Virus record (IMG/VR): IMGVR_UViG_3300036770_005327
Coordinates: 1 to 57,625 of that record
Direction: 5' to 3' (one strand)
Length of the DNA stretch: 57,625 nt
Origin: a virus
Lineage: Duplodnaviria; Caudoviricetes
Part shown: piece by piece, positions 37,882 to 49,600 of the stretch
Layout of the letters: each line of letters starts with the position of its first letter
Numbering within the stretch: position 1 is the first letter of the stretch
Made by a program: the position numbers and the translations under genes
The notes under the pieces: model-generated
What the model was told of the DNA's origin: nothing
The model's database searches: none
Seen by the model: the letters and a program-made list of their open reading frames with translations, nothing else

Positions 37882-38673
37882 ATGAATATTTTAGATTTTC
37901 ACGCCAGCGATTTGCTGGAAGGTTTCCTAGTCAAATATAACGACTTAGTGGCGGAGCTGAATACAGCACAGCAAGAACTGACACTTGTGTCTGAGATTGC
38001 TCAAAAAGCAGATCAAGCCATTACAGCTGCAGGGCTGTTGGATAGTCAGGTTACTGAGCTTACCAAAATCAATAAACAGTTAGACACTCTGCTGAACGCC
38101 AGGACAGCAGAGCTGAAAAAAGCTAACGAACTGTCAGCAATGCTCCGGGTCGAAATCAACACCTTAAAATCTGCCGGTATCGAACGGCTGAAAGAACAAA
38201 ACAAGCGTCTTAAGTCTACTAATGAAGACTTGACCGCAAAAAATGGACGTATTCTCAAAGAAAAAGAGGAAGTAAGTAGAAAATTGAATGCTGTGCTAAA
38301 GGAATGCAGGCAACTCGAAACAGAAAATCTGCAACTGGGTCGCGAATTGTCGCACAACCAAGGCACCGGGATCTGGCACAAAGGGGAGCACCACCTGATC
38401 GTGTGGCCACAAATTGTGGCGACTCAAGATCCAGGCGGTAAGGTACACAAAAGCCGGCCTTTACTTTACATGCACACTTCTGGCCGTGGCGGCCTGATCA
38501 CCTATGATCCAATCAATGGCGCGACACTTAGTGCAGCACCGAAAGGAGGTTTAAAGCCTTCTGCTGACGCCCTGGAGCATGCTGCTACTTGGCTCTACAA
38601 GGTGAACGAACTGCAAAAAGGCGCGGTCACACCAGAGGATATGGCCTGTGTTAACTTCAATGGTGGTGAATAA
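37882..38673 (+). CDS. Coiled-coil phage protein
   Basis: Likely start MNILDF; long heptad region plus a globular C-terminal domain. Confidence 0.65.
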   Translation: MNILDFHASDLLEGFLVKYNDLVAELNTAQQELTLVSEIAQKADQAITAAGLLDSQVTELTKINKQLDTLLNARTAELKKANELSAMLRVEINTLKSAGIERLKEQNKRLKSTNEDLTAKNGRILKEKEEVSRKLNAVLKECRQLETENLQLGRELSHNQGTGIWHKGEHHLIVWPQIVATQDPGGKVHKSRPLLYMHTSGRGGLITYDPINGATLSAAPKGGLKPSADALEHAATWLYKVNELQKGAVTPEDMACVNFNGGE

Positions 38674-38756
38674 TGCTTATTGTGTTAAGCGCCCTGGCAT
38701 GGCTGGTGGTGATTTTTCTTTTCGCGTGGTTTGTCCATCAGGCATTAAAACGATAA
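38673..38756 (+). CDS. 27-aa hydrophobic peptide
   Basis: MLIVLSALAWLVVIFLFAWFVHQALKR*, coupled (TAATG) to the upstream gene. Confidence 0.5.
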   Translation: MLIVLSALAWLVVIFLFAWFVHQALKR

Positions 38757-38760
38757 TGCC

Positions 38761-38830
38761 AAGCCGTTCGCAATCCCGCGCAAGCGGGATGCAGTGAGCG
38801 TAGCGAACGGGCACGCTTTTTGCTTTTTCT
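38761..38830. other. ssi/pas-like hairpin
   Basis: CCGTTCGC...GCGAACGG outer stem with an inner ATCCCGC/GCGGGAT stem and a CAGTGAGCG motif reminiscent of ColE1 primosome assembly sites. Confidence 0.4.
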
Positions 38831-38967
38831 TTCCTGCTGAACCCGCCCCTCCGGGGCGGCTTAGTGCGGTGCCAGTTGTATCAATTAAAATTTTTATCAT
38901 CTCCCCTTAGCATCATAAATTTGTAGCACTGCCTACAGCTGTCGATTTATATAGTTGTTGCTCAGTT

Positions 38968-39131
38968 AACCAATCTAATTACGTCCTTAGGCAGCTGCTT
39001 TAGCAGCTTGCATAACCCAGTCCAGCCGCAGGCTGACATTATGCTTTTGATTTTTCAAAAACCAATCAGCATATATCGGTTGGCAGCTGCCTTGGCAGCT
39101 TGCATAATCGCCCAGCCGGAGGCTGACATTA
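38968..39131. repeat. Imperfect direct repeat, 92-bp period
   Basis: AACCAATC...GGCAGCTGCYTTRGCAGCTTGCATAA...CCAGCCGSAGGCTGACATTA at 38968-39041 and 39060-39131. Confidence 0.8.
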
Positions 39132-39139
39132 CTAGCCAA

Positions 39140-39460
39140 AGGCGCGACTGAAATAACAATTATTTTTTTTAGATATGGTTATAGCGTAGCTAGAGCGATG
39201 TGCGGGTAATTCTACCGTTAGGATAAATAACTCTAAATCGACGTTTGCGGTTAATGGTATTTAGCACAAAGAAAGCCCTGATCACGCTACCCTGAGATCC
39301 CTGCCTGGCATAGCTCCCTAAATTGCGCACAAATTTACTCACAGAAAACACGAATTTTATACACAGGGGAAGTGTTGCAGAAAAACTTAACGGTTGAAAA
39401 ATGAGCAACATTTATCAGCGGGAACGACAAAAGCCCGAATCAACGGGCGTTTCAAAAACA
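39140..39460. other. Putative replication origin downstream of repA
   Basis: DnaA box TTATACACA at 39357-39365; AT-rich tract near 39150-39180; hairpin at 39429-39453 after the repA stop; same layout as IncFII CIS-oriR. Confidence 0.6.
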
Positions 39461-39466
39461 CTATGG

Positions 39467-40345
39467 TTAATGTGGTGGGCGCTTTTCCTTCTTGCCGCTT
39501 TCACTCACGCCTAGGCGGTGCAGAATGCTCCAGGCGTCAATATGCAACTGTCGAGGGGAATGTAAATAGAGATCACCATTGGCCAGCAATAGCTGTTTGC
39601 CAACATAATGCAGGCGTTCATCAACAGTCGTCAAACCGGCAAGGTAGGCTCGTTTTTTCTGCGCCCTGGCAGCATTTTTACGCCGCTCGTATGCTCGGTC
39701 CCAGGCCCATTTTTTACGCAAGGCTCGGGCTGCATTCAGCCGCATCGGTTGGCCAGATTGGATGTCTAAAATCTCTGCCAGTTTTTCCTGGTGGAGTTGA
39801 TGAAGTCGCTCTATGAGCGACTCATTCGCGCCTCCCGCCTCAAAAAACTTATCCGTTACAAACACCATAGACGGAAAGCAGATGCCATGGCTAGAGTTGT
39901 ACTGCGGTTTATATTCGTTAGTATCATAAGGCTGTAAAAGCCCAGCTGGCACAAAAACGCGCTTGATTATCCTGGTCATCCGGCTGTTGTTTACATCGAG
40001 CTCTGTCGCCAATTGTTCAAAACACTTTGTGGGCATCAGTGTTGCCATATCGAGGCAATCAAAAATAGCTAACCACACCTGATCGATCAGCTTTTTGCTG
40101 ACGTCTCTGAAATCTCGCTTTCGGTTCATCAGCTTGAAAGACTCAAGGATCACGAGGCTACTGTGGATCTTCTTCTTGGCTGCGATTCTAGCCAAAGCCC
40201 CCATCGCGCCAGGGAGTTTTTTATACGAGGATTTTCTGACGTGTTTCGGATTAGGATTGTGGCACTCAGTAGAGTGGTTGCCTCTGCGCCGGCGCGTCCG
40301 AGGTTTAACGCCGTCAGGCGCTTGGACATCAATATTATTTATCAT
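39467..40345 (-). CDS. repA: Plasmid replication initiator, IncFII RepA-like
   Basis: 292 aa, basic; NPNP, EQLATEL....SRMTR......GLL, FPSMVFVTDKFF pattern; Arg-rich C-terminus. Confidence 0.75.
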   Translation of the reverse strand: MINNIDVQAPDGVKPRTRRRRGNHSTECHNPNPKHVRKSSYKKLPGAMGALARIAAKKKIHSSLVILESFKLMNRKRDFRDVSKKLIDQVWLAIFDCLDMATLMPTKCFEQLATELDVNNSRMTRIIKRVFVPAGLLQPYDTNEYKPQYNSSHGICFPSMVFVTDKFFEAGGANESLIERLHQLHQEKLAEILDIQSGQPMRLNAARALRKKWAWDRAYERRKNAARAQKKRAYLAGLTTVDERLHYVGKQLLLANGDLYLHSPRQLHIDAWSILHRLGVSESGKKEKRPPH

Positions 40346-40361
40346 TTTATCAACTCAGTTG

Positions 40362-40389
40362 TTGACAGCAAATAAAAAGCCGTTACACT
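40362..40389 (+). promoter_or_regulatory. Promoter of the antisense RNA
   Basis: TTGACA-N16-TACACT. Confidence 0.7.
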
Positions 40390-40395
40390 GAATCT

Positions 40396-40465
40396 TGCCC
40401 GCTCAAAGGCTTTATTGATTCAGTATAATTCCTGAAGAACCACATCCTGCCAGATGTGGTTTTTT
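40396..40465 (+). ncRNA. Putative ~70-nt antisense copy-control RNA (CopA/Inc-like)
   Basis: Strong promoter followed by the terminator AACCACATC-ctgcca-GATGTGGTT-TTTT; antisense to the repA leader. Confidence 0.65.
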
Positions 40466-40530
40466 GCTTTTAGTACCTGTCAGATTTTATTTCATTTTGG
40501 TTTTAAGCTCGTTTTTGGCTATTTTTTGGC

Positions 40531-40559
40531 TCAAAATGAAACTTTACAAATCATTTTGA
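40531..40559. promoter_or_regulatory. Paired operator box 5
   Basis: TCAAAATGA-N11-TCATTTTGA, immediately downstream of the repA promoter TTGCAA-N16-TAGAAT (minus strand, 40591-40564). Confidence 0.8.
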
Positions 40560-40656
40560 GCCCATTCTACACAGACAGCATATCATTGCAAACATTTATA
40601 CTAGATCAAAGGCTGGATCGCAACGATCCACGTCCTGTGGATCGCTTTGAAATGCG

Positions 40657-43600
40657 TTATTCCGCTAAATGCTGCAGTTTTTTCGACAAAATGACACCAT
40701 TCACAGCCCTATCACTCAAAGCCGCCCTCTGTTTGAGGCTTTTAATCCGGTGTGCGGCCGTAATCTTCATTGTGGGCTGCGCCAGGTTAAACGCCTCGAT
40801 GTCATCCAGTGTTTGTGCCACCAATAAATCGTCATCATTGCGTCTGGCCAGGGCGTAGCGATTTAGCAGCAACTTCCGGCGGTCCTGGATCCGCCGTGCA
40901 CTGGTTGCCAACGCATTGTTCTGGCCGTATTGCTCCGACACCTCTATCGGCGTAAAACCATTGGCCTGAAGTGCAATCTGCCACACCGATAGCTCGTCCA
41001 GAATTGGATCGCCGCGCTTAGTCTGCACGCCATCAGTCGCATAACGGACCGATTTAAACCAATCCCGCGCAAATTTTGGCACTGCAGACTCCCAGGCGCG
41101 CCCTGTGTGGCCCTCACGGGCTAATTGAGTGGCTTTACCCCAGCCGGCTAAAATGCCGTACATAGGGCCAAGTGCCTGCTCAGCGTAATACTGTACTGCG
41201 GCCTCCCCCTCAAGATCAGCTTCAGCATCGCGGAACCACAGGTTATTCATGCCGATCCGATTGGTTAGGTCCGCGCCAGTCACATTGCCAGGCAAACCAG
41301 ACATAATGACACTGGCGCCCGTTTCCCCAATGGCTTCAGCCAGCGCTTCGCGCACAGCCGCATCAAAATCAAACGGTTCGTCTTCATCATCCAACATGGT
41401 GTTGAAGATCCCCGCAATAACACTGTAAAGCGGCAGTCCTGCAGCACCAGCGAAAAACAGCGTCATCCCCAACATGCCGGCAAGTTGCTTTTGAGCAATC
41501 TTCTTATCTTCCCCACGCCCCCAAAAGCTTTGCTGGAAGTCACGGATTAACCGGTAGGTCATATTGACACTGTGCTGACGGAACAGCAGCAGAACGCGAG
41601 CCATATCGCCTTGCATGAAGCGTGGCCGGTTGCTGTTGGCATAATCAAAATGGCTGAGCTTGGTTAGCTCTATGGCTTCAGCAATCGCCTCTCGATGCGC
41701 TTTACTGTCGCCATATTGCTCACCGGCATACAACTTAGATAACTTGTTGTAAGCCAGTTTATAACTAGCCATAGCCGTGACTTCACGGTTAAAACGCTCC
41801 GCGTGGTGGAACATGAAGCCAGCGACTTGCATCACTTTGTGATATCTGGGCGAATACGCCACGCCACCATCGGCAATACCGGTCATATCATGCGCCATGG
41901 TTTTATCGATAATGCCGCTTTCTTCCAGCTCCCGGAATGCTGAAAGTTCACGGCCGTTCAAAGTTTTATCGACGTTACCTTTGCCTTTGATAAAAGCCTT
42001 ACTCATTTCAGCCAGCATTTTGCCAGCCTCTTTGTAAGTATATCGAGCCCCCAACACTGGCAAACCGACCATTGCCGTCTGCGTTATATTCACCAGCGCC
42101 GCTGCTGGCGTGGTTCCCAAGTACCAGAAAAAGCCAAAGCCTGTCAGCTTATTGGCCCACTCTGAGCCTTTAGGGTTTAGGATCCATTCGTTACGCTGCG
42201 TCAGCTCGTTGACAACTTGTGTTGCCCTGACCTTATCGTCAGCATTGGTTATAGTCCGGACTTCATCTTCCATAGCAAGCAGATGTGATTGCATATGATG
42301 TGTATTGCTTACCTTAGCAATCTGATAGGCCGTATGAAATTGGTTATGCGCAAAAGCGCGCAGCGCATCCTGGTCATAACCACTGACACCTTTGCGGTGG
42401 ATCATGTGCTTTCTGACACTTAAGTCTGGCGAGTGCTCTAAAAAGAGCTGATATAAATCATCCTGGATCTTACTGTTCTGGCTAAAGACAGGACTGAATT
42501 TCAGCAATAAGTCTTTCATAAAGCCGGCACTGACACCACTCATCATTGATGAGTATTCAAATTGATAACCACCTTCAACAACTACACCGGCCCCGCGCTG
42601 TTCTTCCATCCATTGTTGCATTTGCGCGTTGGTTTCAAACATGCTGAAAGCATGCAACTCACCCGTTTCGCGATCTTTGGCCACAGCTTTGTATTTACCG
42701 AATCGCTGCAGTGGAAAGTAAATACCGTTGAGCTCGTTCAGCTCAAATTCTTCGCGCATCATGCTAATTTGCGCGGCAGCCACACGTTTATCAGCGATCA
42801 GGTCTTCTATGCGCTTTTCCAGGGCAATTTTGCGCTGAGTGTTCATTTCAAGATAAGAATCTCGGACCTCGATAAACATCTGCTGATATTCAGCCGGCAG
42901 CGCCAGGAAGTCAGCGCGTAACTGGGCATAAGCTTCTTCCTGCATCGGCACTTTATCCATTGCCGCCTGGATCCGGGCACGGCGCTGCATGCCTCTGGCC
43001 ACAGCTTCAGCTTCGCCGTTGCGTGATTTGATAAAGGCTTTGGCTCGACTCATCAACATTTGATACGTCTGCCTGGTAATGGTCGGATAAAATTTTGACA
43101 TCGACGGATCAACACCCATCAGCGTAGCTTCGTGCATTAAATCAGCCAGCTTGGCTGATGCGGCTTTATCTTTACCAACCAGCTTGCGCCATTTATCTGC
43201 GGTGCCGTGGGTTAAATTAAGCAGGTTGTTGCGCTGGGCTTCCATTGCAGCCACTTGGGCGTTGTAGCGGCGCAAGCTTGGCAACAAATCGCCAGCAATG
43301 TCAGCAAGATAATTACGCGGCAATAACTGTAACATTGCTGGACGAGCTCTATCAGGCCACTTAGTTTTTACCGCCTGCCATAACTTAGCTGGCTTAAATG
43401 CCTCAACCCAACGCTGCATACGCTCTGCATTGATCTGCGATACAGCATCCGCAATCGCATTACCTGTCCGGGGCAACATAGCCGGCGCGTCAAAATCTAA
43501 ATCATTACGCACAGGCTGACTGCCTGCCTTTTGCAAGACTTCCTTCGCCTGAGACAAAATCAAGAACAGGTCATGCTCATTCGTTTTCGTCAGCTTGGTA

Positions 43601-46600
43601 ACTAAATCGCCCAAGCCTAACTCATGCAAAGCCTGTTTTAACTTGGCCAACAGGCGTCTGATAGAGGCCCATACACCGACTGGAACATCTGATTCTTTAA
43701 TGTGTGCAATCAATTCATCGACCAACGCGGCCTGAATATTGGGGTGATTTAAATCCTGGTAATATTTTTTATACCCCTCCAAATCCATCTGATACTTGGC
43801 AGCTAATTGCTTGAGCTTCGACTCCCCTAATTGCATCGCAATTTTGTTTAATTCATCGAAAACACCTTTACCGAACAGCTTCCTTACACCGTAGTGTCGC
43901 AGACGTTCATGGACCAGCAACTCTTGCAAGGACGGTAAATCACGAATATGCTGCAGGTTGATATAAACCTTCCCTTGGAAAAGAAAACCATGCGCATCTG
44001 GACTGGCAAAGGCCTGAATATCTTCAGGAAAATCAGAGAATTTTTCGGCAATAAAAGTACCACTGCCACTGTCAGCCAACCTGGCATCGAAGGCCTTAGC
44101 GAACATTCTGGCCTTTTGCAAAGTGATCCCTGGGCTGACTTGACCGCGGGATGGAACCATGCCGGTGTCGTCCCGCACAACATTTCCGAGGTGCGCCGGC
44201 GCATCAATGGCAGCTGACGTCACTTGATGGCCATCAAAACCAACAGCTGCAGATGGTATTGCATTACCCCCAGCTTGAACCCAAGCATCGCGATAGGATT
44301 GCAGGCCGCGCAGTTGCACCAATTTATTCAGCTCAGGCAGTACAGCCGCTAATTTTTGTTCAGAGAAAACCGCCGACATCACATTGCCGACACTAAAAAA
44401 CTCTGCGCCCATCGCCTTTTGCAGGGCTTCGCTAAACTTAATATCTTTAACAGCTTGGGTTTTGTTTGCCTTCGGGATCTCAATTTTCCATTCATCTGAA
44501 CGCACCGGCAATACGCGAATACTCTGCGACAGATCGAACACCCCAAGGTCTTTTAACAGCTTACGGTTGGATGTTAAGAACTTCTGCAGTACCGTCAAAT
44601 CACGTAACGCAAAATCACTGCCGGCATCAGTCCTGGAAAACTGATCATCCTTAAAGTTTTTCGGCATCAGGATCCCCTGGTGCACATCGCCACGATGATC
44701 AGTAAACGAAATGATCCGGCCGCTTAACTTTTTCGACCCCATGATTGCATTACCAGTGGCAACAAAGCGGGTTTCCCTGCGTTCTTCACCTTTGCGCACC
44801 GGCTTAAAGGTGTCATGGATCAACTTTTCATTGGCCACTGATGTTTTCGTTGCTGACACGCCGCCTTCCTGCAGGCTGGTCAACTGAGAAACTGACAAAT
44901 CAATTTGACGGATCCCGCTGTCCACCATAAAGGTGAATTTCACCTTACTACCAGAATACGGATTACCTTTGCCGGCGCGGTGTGAATCCTTCACGGCCAC
45001 AACAACCCCCTTCACCAGTTCTTCCGGCAGCTTGATGTTAAAATGGTGCCCTATTTGGAACCGCTTAAGCGCATCTTCCGTTGCCTGAACGGATGCACGA
45101 TAACGCTGCATAGCTTCTTCTGCAGTAGTTACATCCGCTTGCGCGGCCATAATCTTGCTGTTTTTCTTCGATTCATCCTTTGAATTAGTCTTTGTTTCAA
45201 CCTTGGCCAACTCTGCTTGCGCTCTTTTTAACGTGCCCTGCAGCTTTTTCTCAAACTGTCGGTCGCGCTCTTTGGCAGCCAAAATACCGGCAACGACCGC
45301 ATCAGGATCTTTAATCTTAGCCAGCGCTTTAAGGACATCATCAGCTGACGGCGGCTTACCTTGGTACTTGGTATCGACCTTATGCAAAAAGGTGTGGCCA
45401 CCGAACACGGTATCAGGGAACTTACCTTCATAAATAACCTTGGAGTCCAGGATCTTCGCATCCAAATCCATGGTCTTTGGCTCTAAATCATTCTGCCCAG
45501 TCTTGTCCAGGTACTCGATAAGATCGGCATACTCGTTTTCCAGCTCAGCATAAATTTCCTTTTGCTGCTTCACTGGCAACAACGCCATCCGGCCTGTAGC
45601 TTTTTCATAAATGCCTGGATAAACCACATCTTCAGCAGGAACCCCAAGCGACAGGTCACGCGCCACTTCCGGATATTCCCGTAAGTAGTCACTCATGACT
45701 TTATCGCCATACTTATTCATCATGTCCTGCGCTTTGAGATTCACATCTGAATCTGTGTTGGCACTGGTTTGGGCATTGAGCGATTTAAACTTTTTCGACG
45801 TTCTGGCCGCTGGCCGCTTTTCTGCAGGGATGGCCAATGACAACATGCTATAGCTTGGCAGCTCGATTTGGCCGGTGCGGTTAATGCGGCCAAGCATCTG
45901 CATCAGAATGTTAATGTCGGCCATAGCCTGCATAACAATCATGTGACGCGGTGATTGGTCTTTAAATTTTTCAGCGGCATGGATACTCAGGCCTGTTGAG
46001 CCAGCCACGTTTAAAATCAACGCATCTAAGCGACCATCATTAAAGGCGTCCACTGTGCCGCGCTTGTCGTTCTGTTCTTCTGCCGAACGAACGGCAAGGG
46101 TAGGAACTTCAGTTTGGTAGTCGATACGATAACCACGGCCAGTAATTTCACTCGTGCGGATCCCTGCTTTTTCCAGCTCATCACGTACATAGTCAATAGG
46201 GGATAACGGAATGCTGGATAAGTTTAAATCCTGAATAATTTCTTTGGCTTCAAGGTATAACATCTGAACATCAGCCGGTAGTTCATGCAGTGGAACATCA
46301 ATCGCACGAACATCCCCAGTTTCATCCGTCACTGAAATACGGCGGGTTCGGTCAAGTGCTTTTAACAGCACATCGCGATAATCAGCCCGGACAGGATCAC
46401 CTACGCTCAGCCCGTTTTCATCGACAAAACCATTTAAAAATGCCCCCATAGTATTCTGCAAAGCAATCACAGGCTTTTGGCCAGCTTTCTTCAACTCAAT
46501 GGCTTTATCAATCGTTGCACGGACCTTAAGACCAATCAGCAATTGTGAAATGAAATTATGCACAATGCTGGTAAAGTTTGAGTGGTCAACGCCTGATGCT

Positions 46601-49600
46601 GCCCGGTTGCCGGCACCTTTAGCTGATCCGCCTTCGTCCTGGTACTTTTGCGCCAACACATCAACAGCCAACTCATGAAACGCTTCGTCAGCAGCAACGA
46701 TCGCGCGCAGACCTTCAGTGACCTGATCTGCCAGCTGCTCGTGTGCCGCTTCATTTTCATAGTCAACTAAGGTGTCAATCTTGATACCTTCAAAAGAGCG
46801 TTCGCGGCGATACAGTTGGCCAGACTCTGCCAGCATGCCGGCAATCAAAGTTTGCAATGCTTCGCCGCCGGCGGATACCGCATCAACCAAATCTTCGACC
46901 TTATCAACCGAATCCATCAAATCGGTCCGGTAGAACACCGGTAAATTATCTGGTCTTTTGGCGTAAGTGGCTGACAAGTAAGTGACTGGAGAATTAGCGA
47001 TCGCTTCATAGATGAAGCCAGCGCGGGTTAAAGTCACATTGCCGGCAGATTTCTTTTCCCGAATACCTGCCGCGTTGTGTGCTTCGTCCAGGACAAAGAT
47101 GGCATTATCTTTGAGCGCGTTAATCAAACGGCGCTGACGATCGCCATCGAGCTGAGAATAAGTCAGGAACAGGACGTTATTATCAGCTGGCAACTTGCCT
47201 GTTTTGATAATTTCATCAAGGGTTTTCAGATGCGCCTGGCGCGATTGGGTTTTAAAAATTTTGGCATCACCAGCCTTGATAAAACCGTCCTGGTTAACGA
47301 TCAAAGGTGCCGCATCGGTTGAACCAATATCAGCCAGATCGTTATACATATCGGTAAAAAGGTTGTCAGTGACCGTGACGAAGATCGGCGTCTTACCTTC
47401 TTTGATGGCGTAACGGATGATACCGGCCGCTTGCCGGCCTTTGCCAACCCCGGTTTGGTCAGCAATGATGATGCCTTTGTTTTTGTTTTCCGCGTTATAG
47501 ATTGCGGCAGCAACCGTATCTACCTGAAGCGCCATGAAGGCTTTATGCGTTTCGGCAACCGAACCATAACCAAGCTTCTTGGTTACGTACTGGTCAACAT
47601 CGCCAATCTCAGCAACCATCTTCTGCATGGCGCGCTGACTGGCTTGCGCCATATTCACCGGCGTTAATGCGCCATCATTAAAGCCTTTACTAAGCGCTGG
47701 ATATAGCGCTTGGAACGAGGATCCGGAGTCTACGCCACCATCTGCAGGTGGCTGTTTAGATCTTCCAGCAGGCTCTGCAGTGTTTGCTGCAGGTACTGCT
47801 GTTTCACGTCCAGCGGTAACTGAACTTTCTGGTTGAACTGAACCTGGCTGACTAACAGGCTCAGACTTTCTGATGCTATCAACTGCTGGGCCAACTGCTG
47901 GGGCTGGGCTTCCGGCTCGATCGTCATTTCCAGCAATCCTGGTACCGCCGCTATCATTTCGTCCACCGGCTGTTGTTCTGCCTGCGCCAGCTTGATCAGC
48001 CTGGCCAATTTTGCGGTCAGTTTCGCTTCGAGCTGGACGCTCGACATTTGGTGAAATTCTTGGCATTGCACCATCAGCACCCGTTGCGCGGCTTGCGTTA
48101 GCTGAGGTGTCAGTGCTGGTACCCAAACTTTCAAGGAAGCGGTCATATACTTGGTTCCATGTTTCAATTCTTTCGATAGCGCCCGACTTAGGGCTCAATT
48201 TTTTACTGCTTTCTCGGCCATGTACAACAATAACACGAACTGGCCAACCAGCACCTTGCCGGCGATATAAATCACCATCGACTTCAAAGTGATCAACCAC
48301 ATTGTAATTGGAATAGAGGTAATTAAAAAACACCCGGTCAGACGCGCCAATCTCACCAGCTTCTTTGCTTGCGCCAATAATAATGGTGGCCTTACCATCA
48401 TCTTTAAGCGCCTGTAGGGCTTTGATAGTAATCAACTGGTCAATAGATTTGATGGTATAGCCATCCACCTTCACAGGTGAATCAAGCCGGCCAAACGGCG
48501 GATTCATCACAGCTGCATCAAACTTTTCAGCCGGGATGTATTCGGCAGCATCTTCGCTGGTCACATCTAAACCTTGCTGCGCCAGCTGGCCAGCGCGGCG
48601 CGGATCTAATTCATTGGCTTTTGCATGTTTCAGGTTAGCGCTGATCAGCAACATACCATTACCGGCCGTAGGTTCATACACGCTGGTTTCTTGCGTAACA
48701 CCAGCCAAACGGGCGGCCACGAACGCAAGCGGGGCCGGTGTGCTGTAAGCCATATTTTCCATACTGGTGCTGGACCGAACGTTCAGATTTGGCTGACGCT
48801 GATACATCTCAAGCAACCGGTCAAAAATCTCTTTGTCCGTACCGCCGGCGGCCACAATCTCACGAGCACGACGAACCAGTGCAAGCTCTAACACTTCCTG
48901 CGCTTCTTTCATCATTTCAGGCGTGACGCCAGAAGTCGGAATGCCATGATAATCCGCAACGACAGATTTTAACTGCCGGTTGTCCTGGATCTGGTCTAGT
49001 TTATCCTGCAGTTCATTGGCCAACGATTTAGCCGGCAACGCTTCCGTCTGCACATCTTCAATCAAAGTGCTGATATCCATCTTCCGGACATCTTTGGCGG
49101 TATCCATATCATCAGCAACAGCATCACTGATACCGTACTTTTCAGGGTTTGCCGCCATCGCGCCATAGGCTTCTTTTAAAAACGGTTTTACATCTTCATC
49201 AGCAATACCTACAACCCGAGTCGTGGCAATCACATCACGGACCCACTGCGCGAACTTTACCGCGCCTTCAGCGATAGACAGCGCACCGACTTCAGCTACG
49301 GCAAGCAGCACCTCAGGATCAACGCCGCTATTGAGCTGACCTTTACGAGACGCAATAAGCGCCTTAAGCTTTTCAGCGGCTTCACGTTTTTTATCACTGA
49401 TATTCTGAGCTGCACTATCAAGCTTTGACGCCGCTGGTTCTTTTGCTGGCGATTTTGCAGCGGCAGGCTTGCCCTTACTCTCGGCTGATTTTCCGCTGGC
49501 CGAGCTTTGAGCCATGATTTTTTCGATGCGCTGCTTATGCGGTGGCGACTTAATACCGGCTGATTTTTCTTCCCATATAATCCGCTGCTCCATATCGTCC

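Noticed and set aside
38939-38954. LexA-box-like CTGTCGATTTATATAG
   Set aside because: Mismatch in the essential CAG half, and no gene start nearby
39394-40858. Plus-strand ORFs 39394-39816, 40095-40391 and 40454-40858
   Set aside because: Antisense to repA or the giant gene, or running across promoter and terminator elements; no protein-like features
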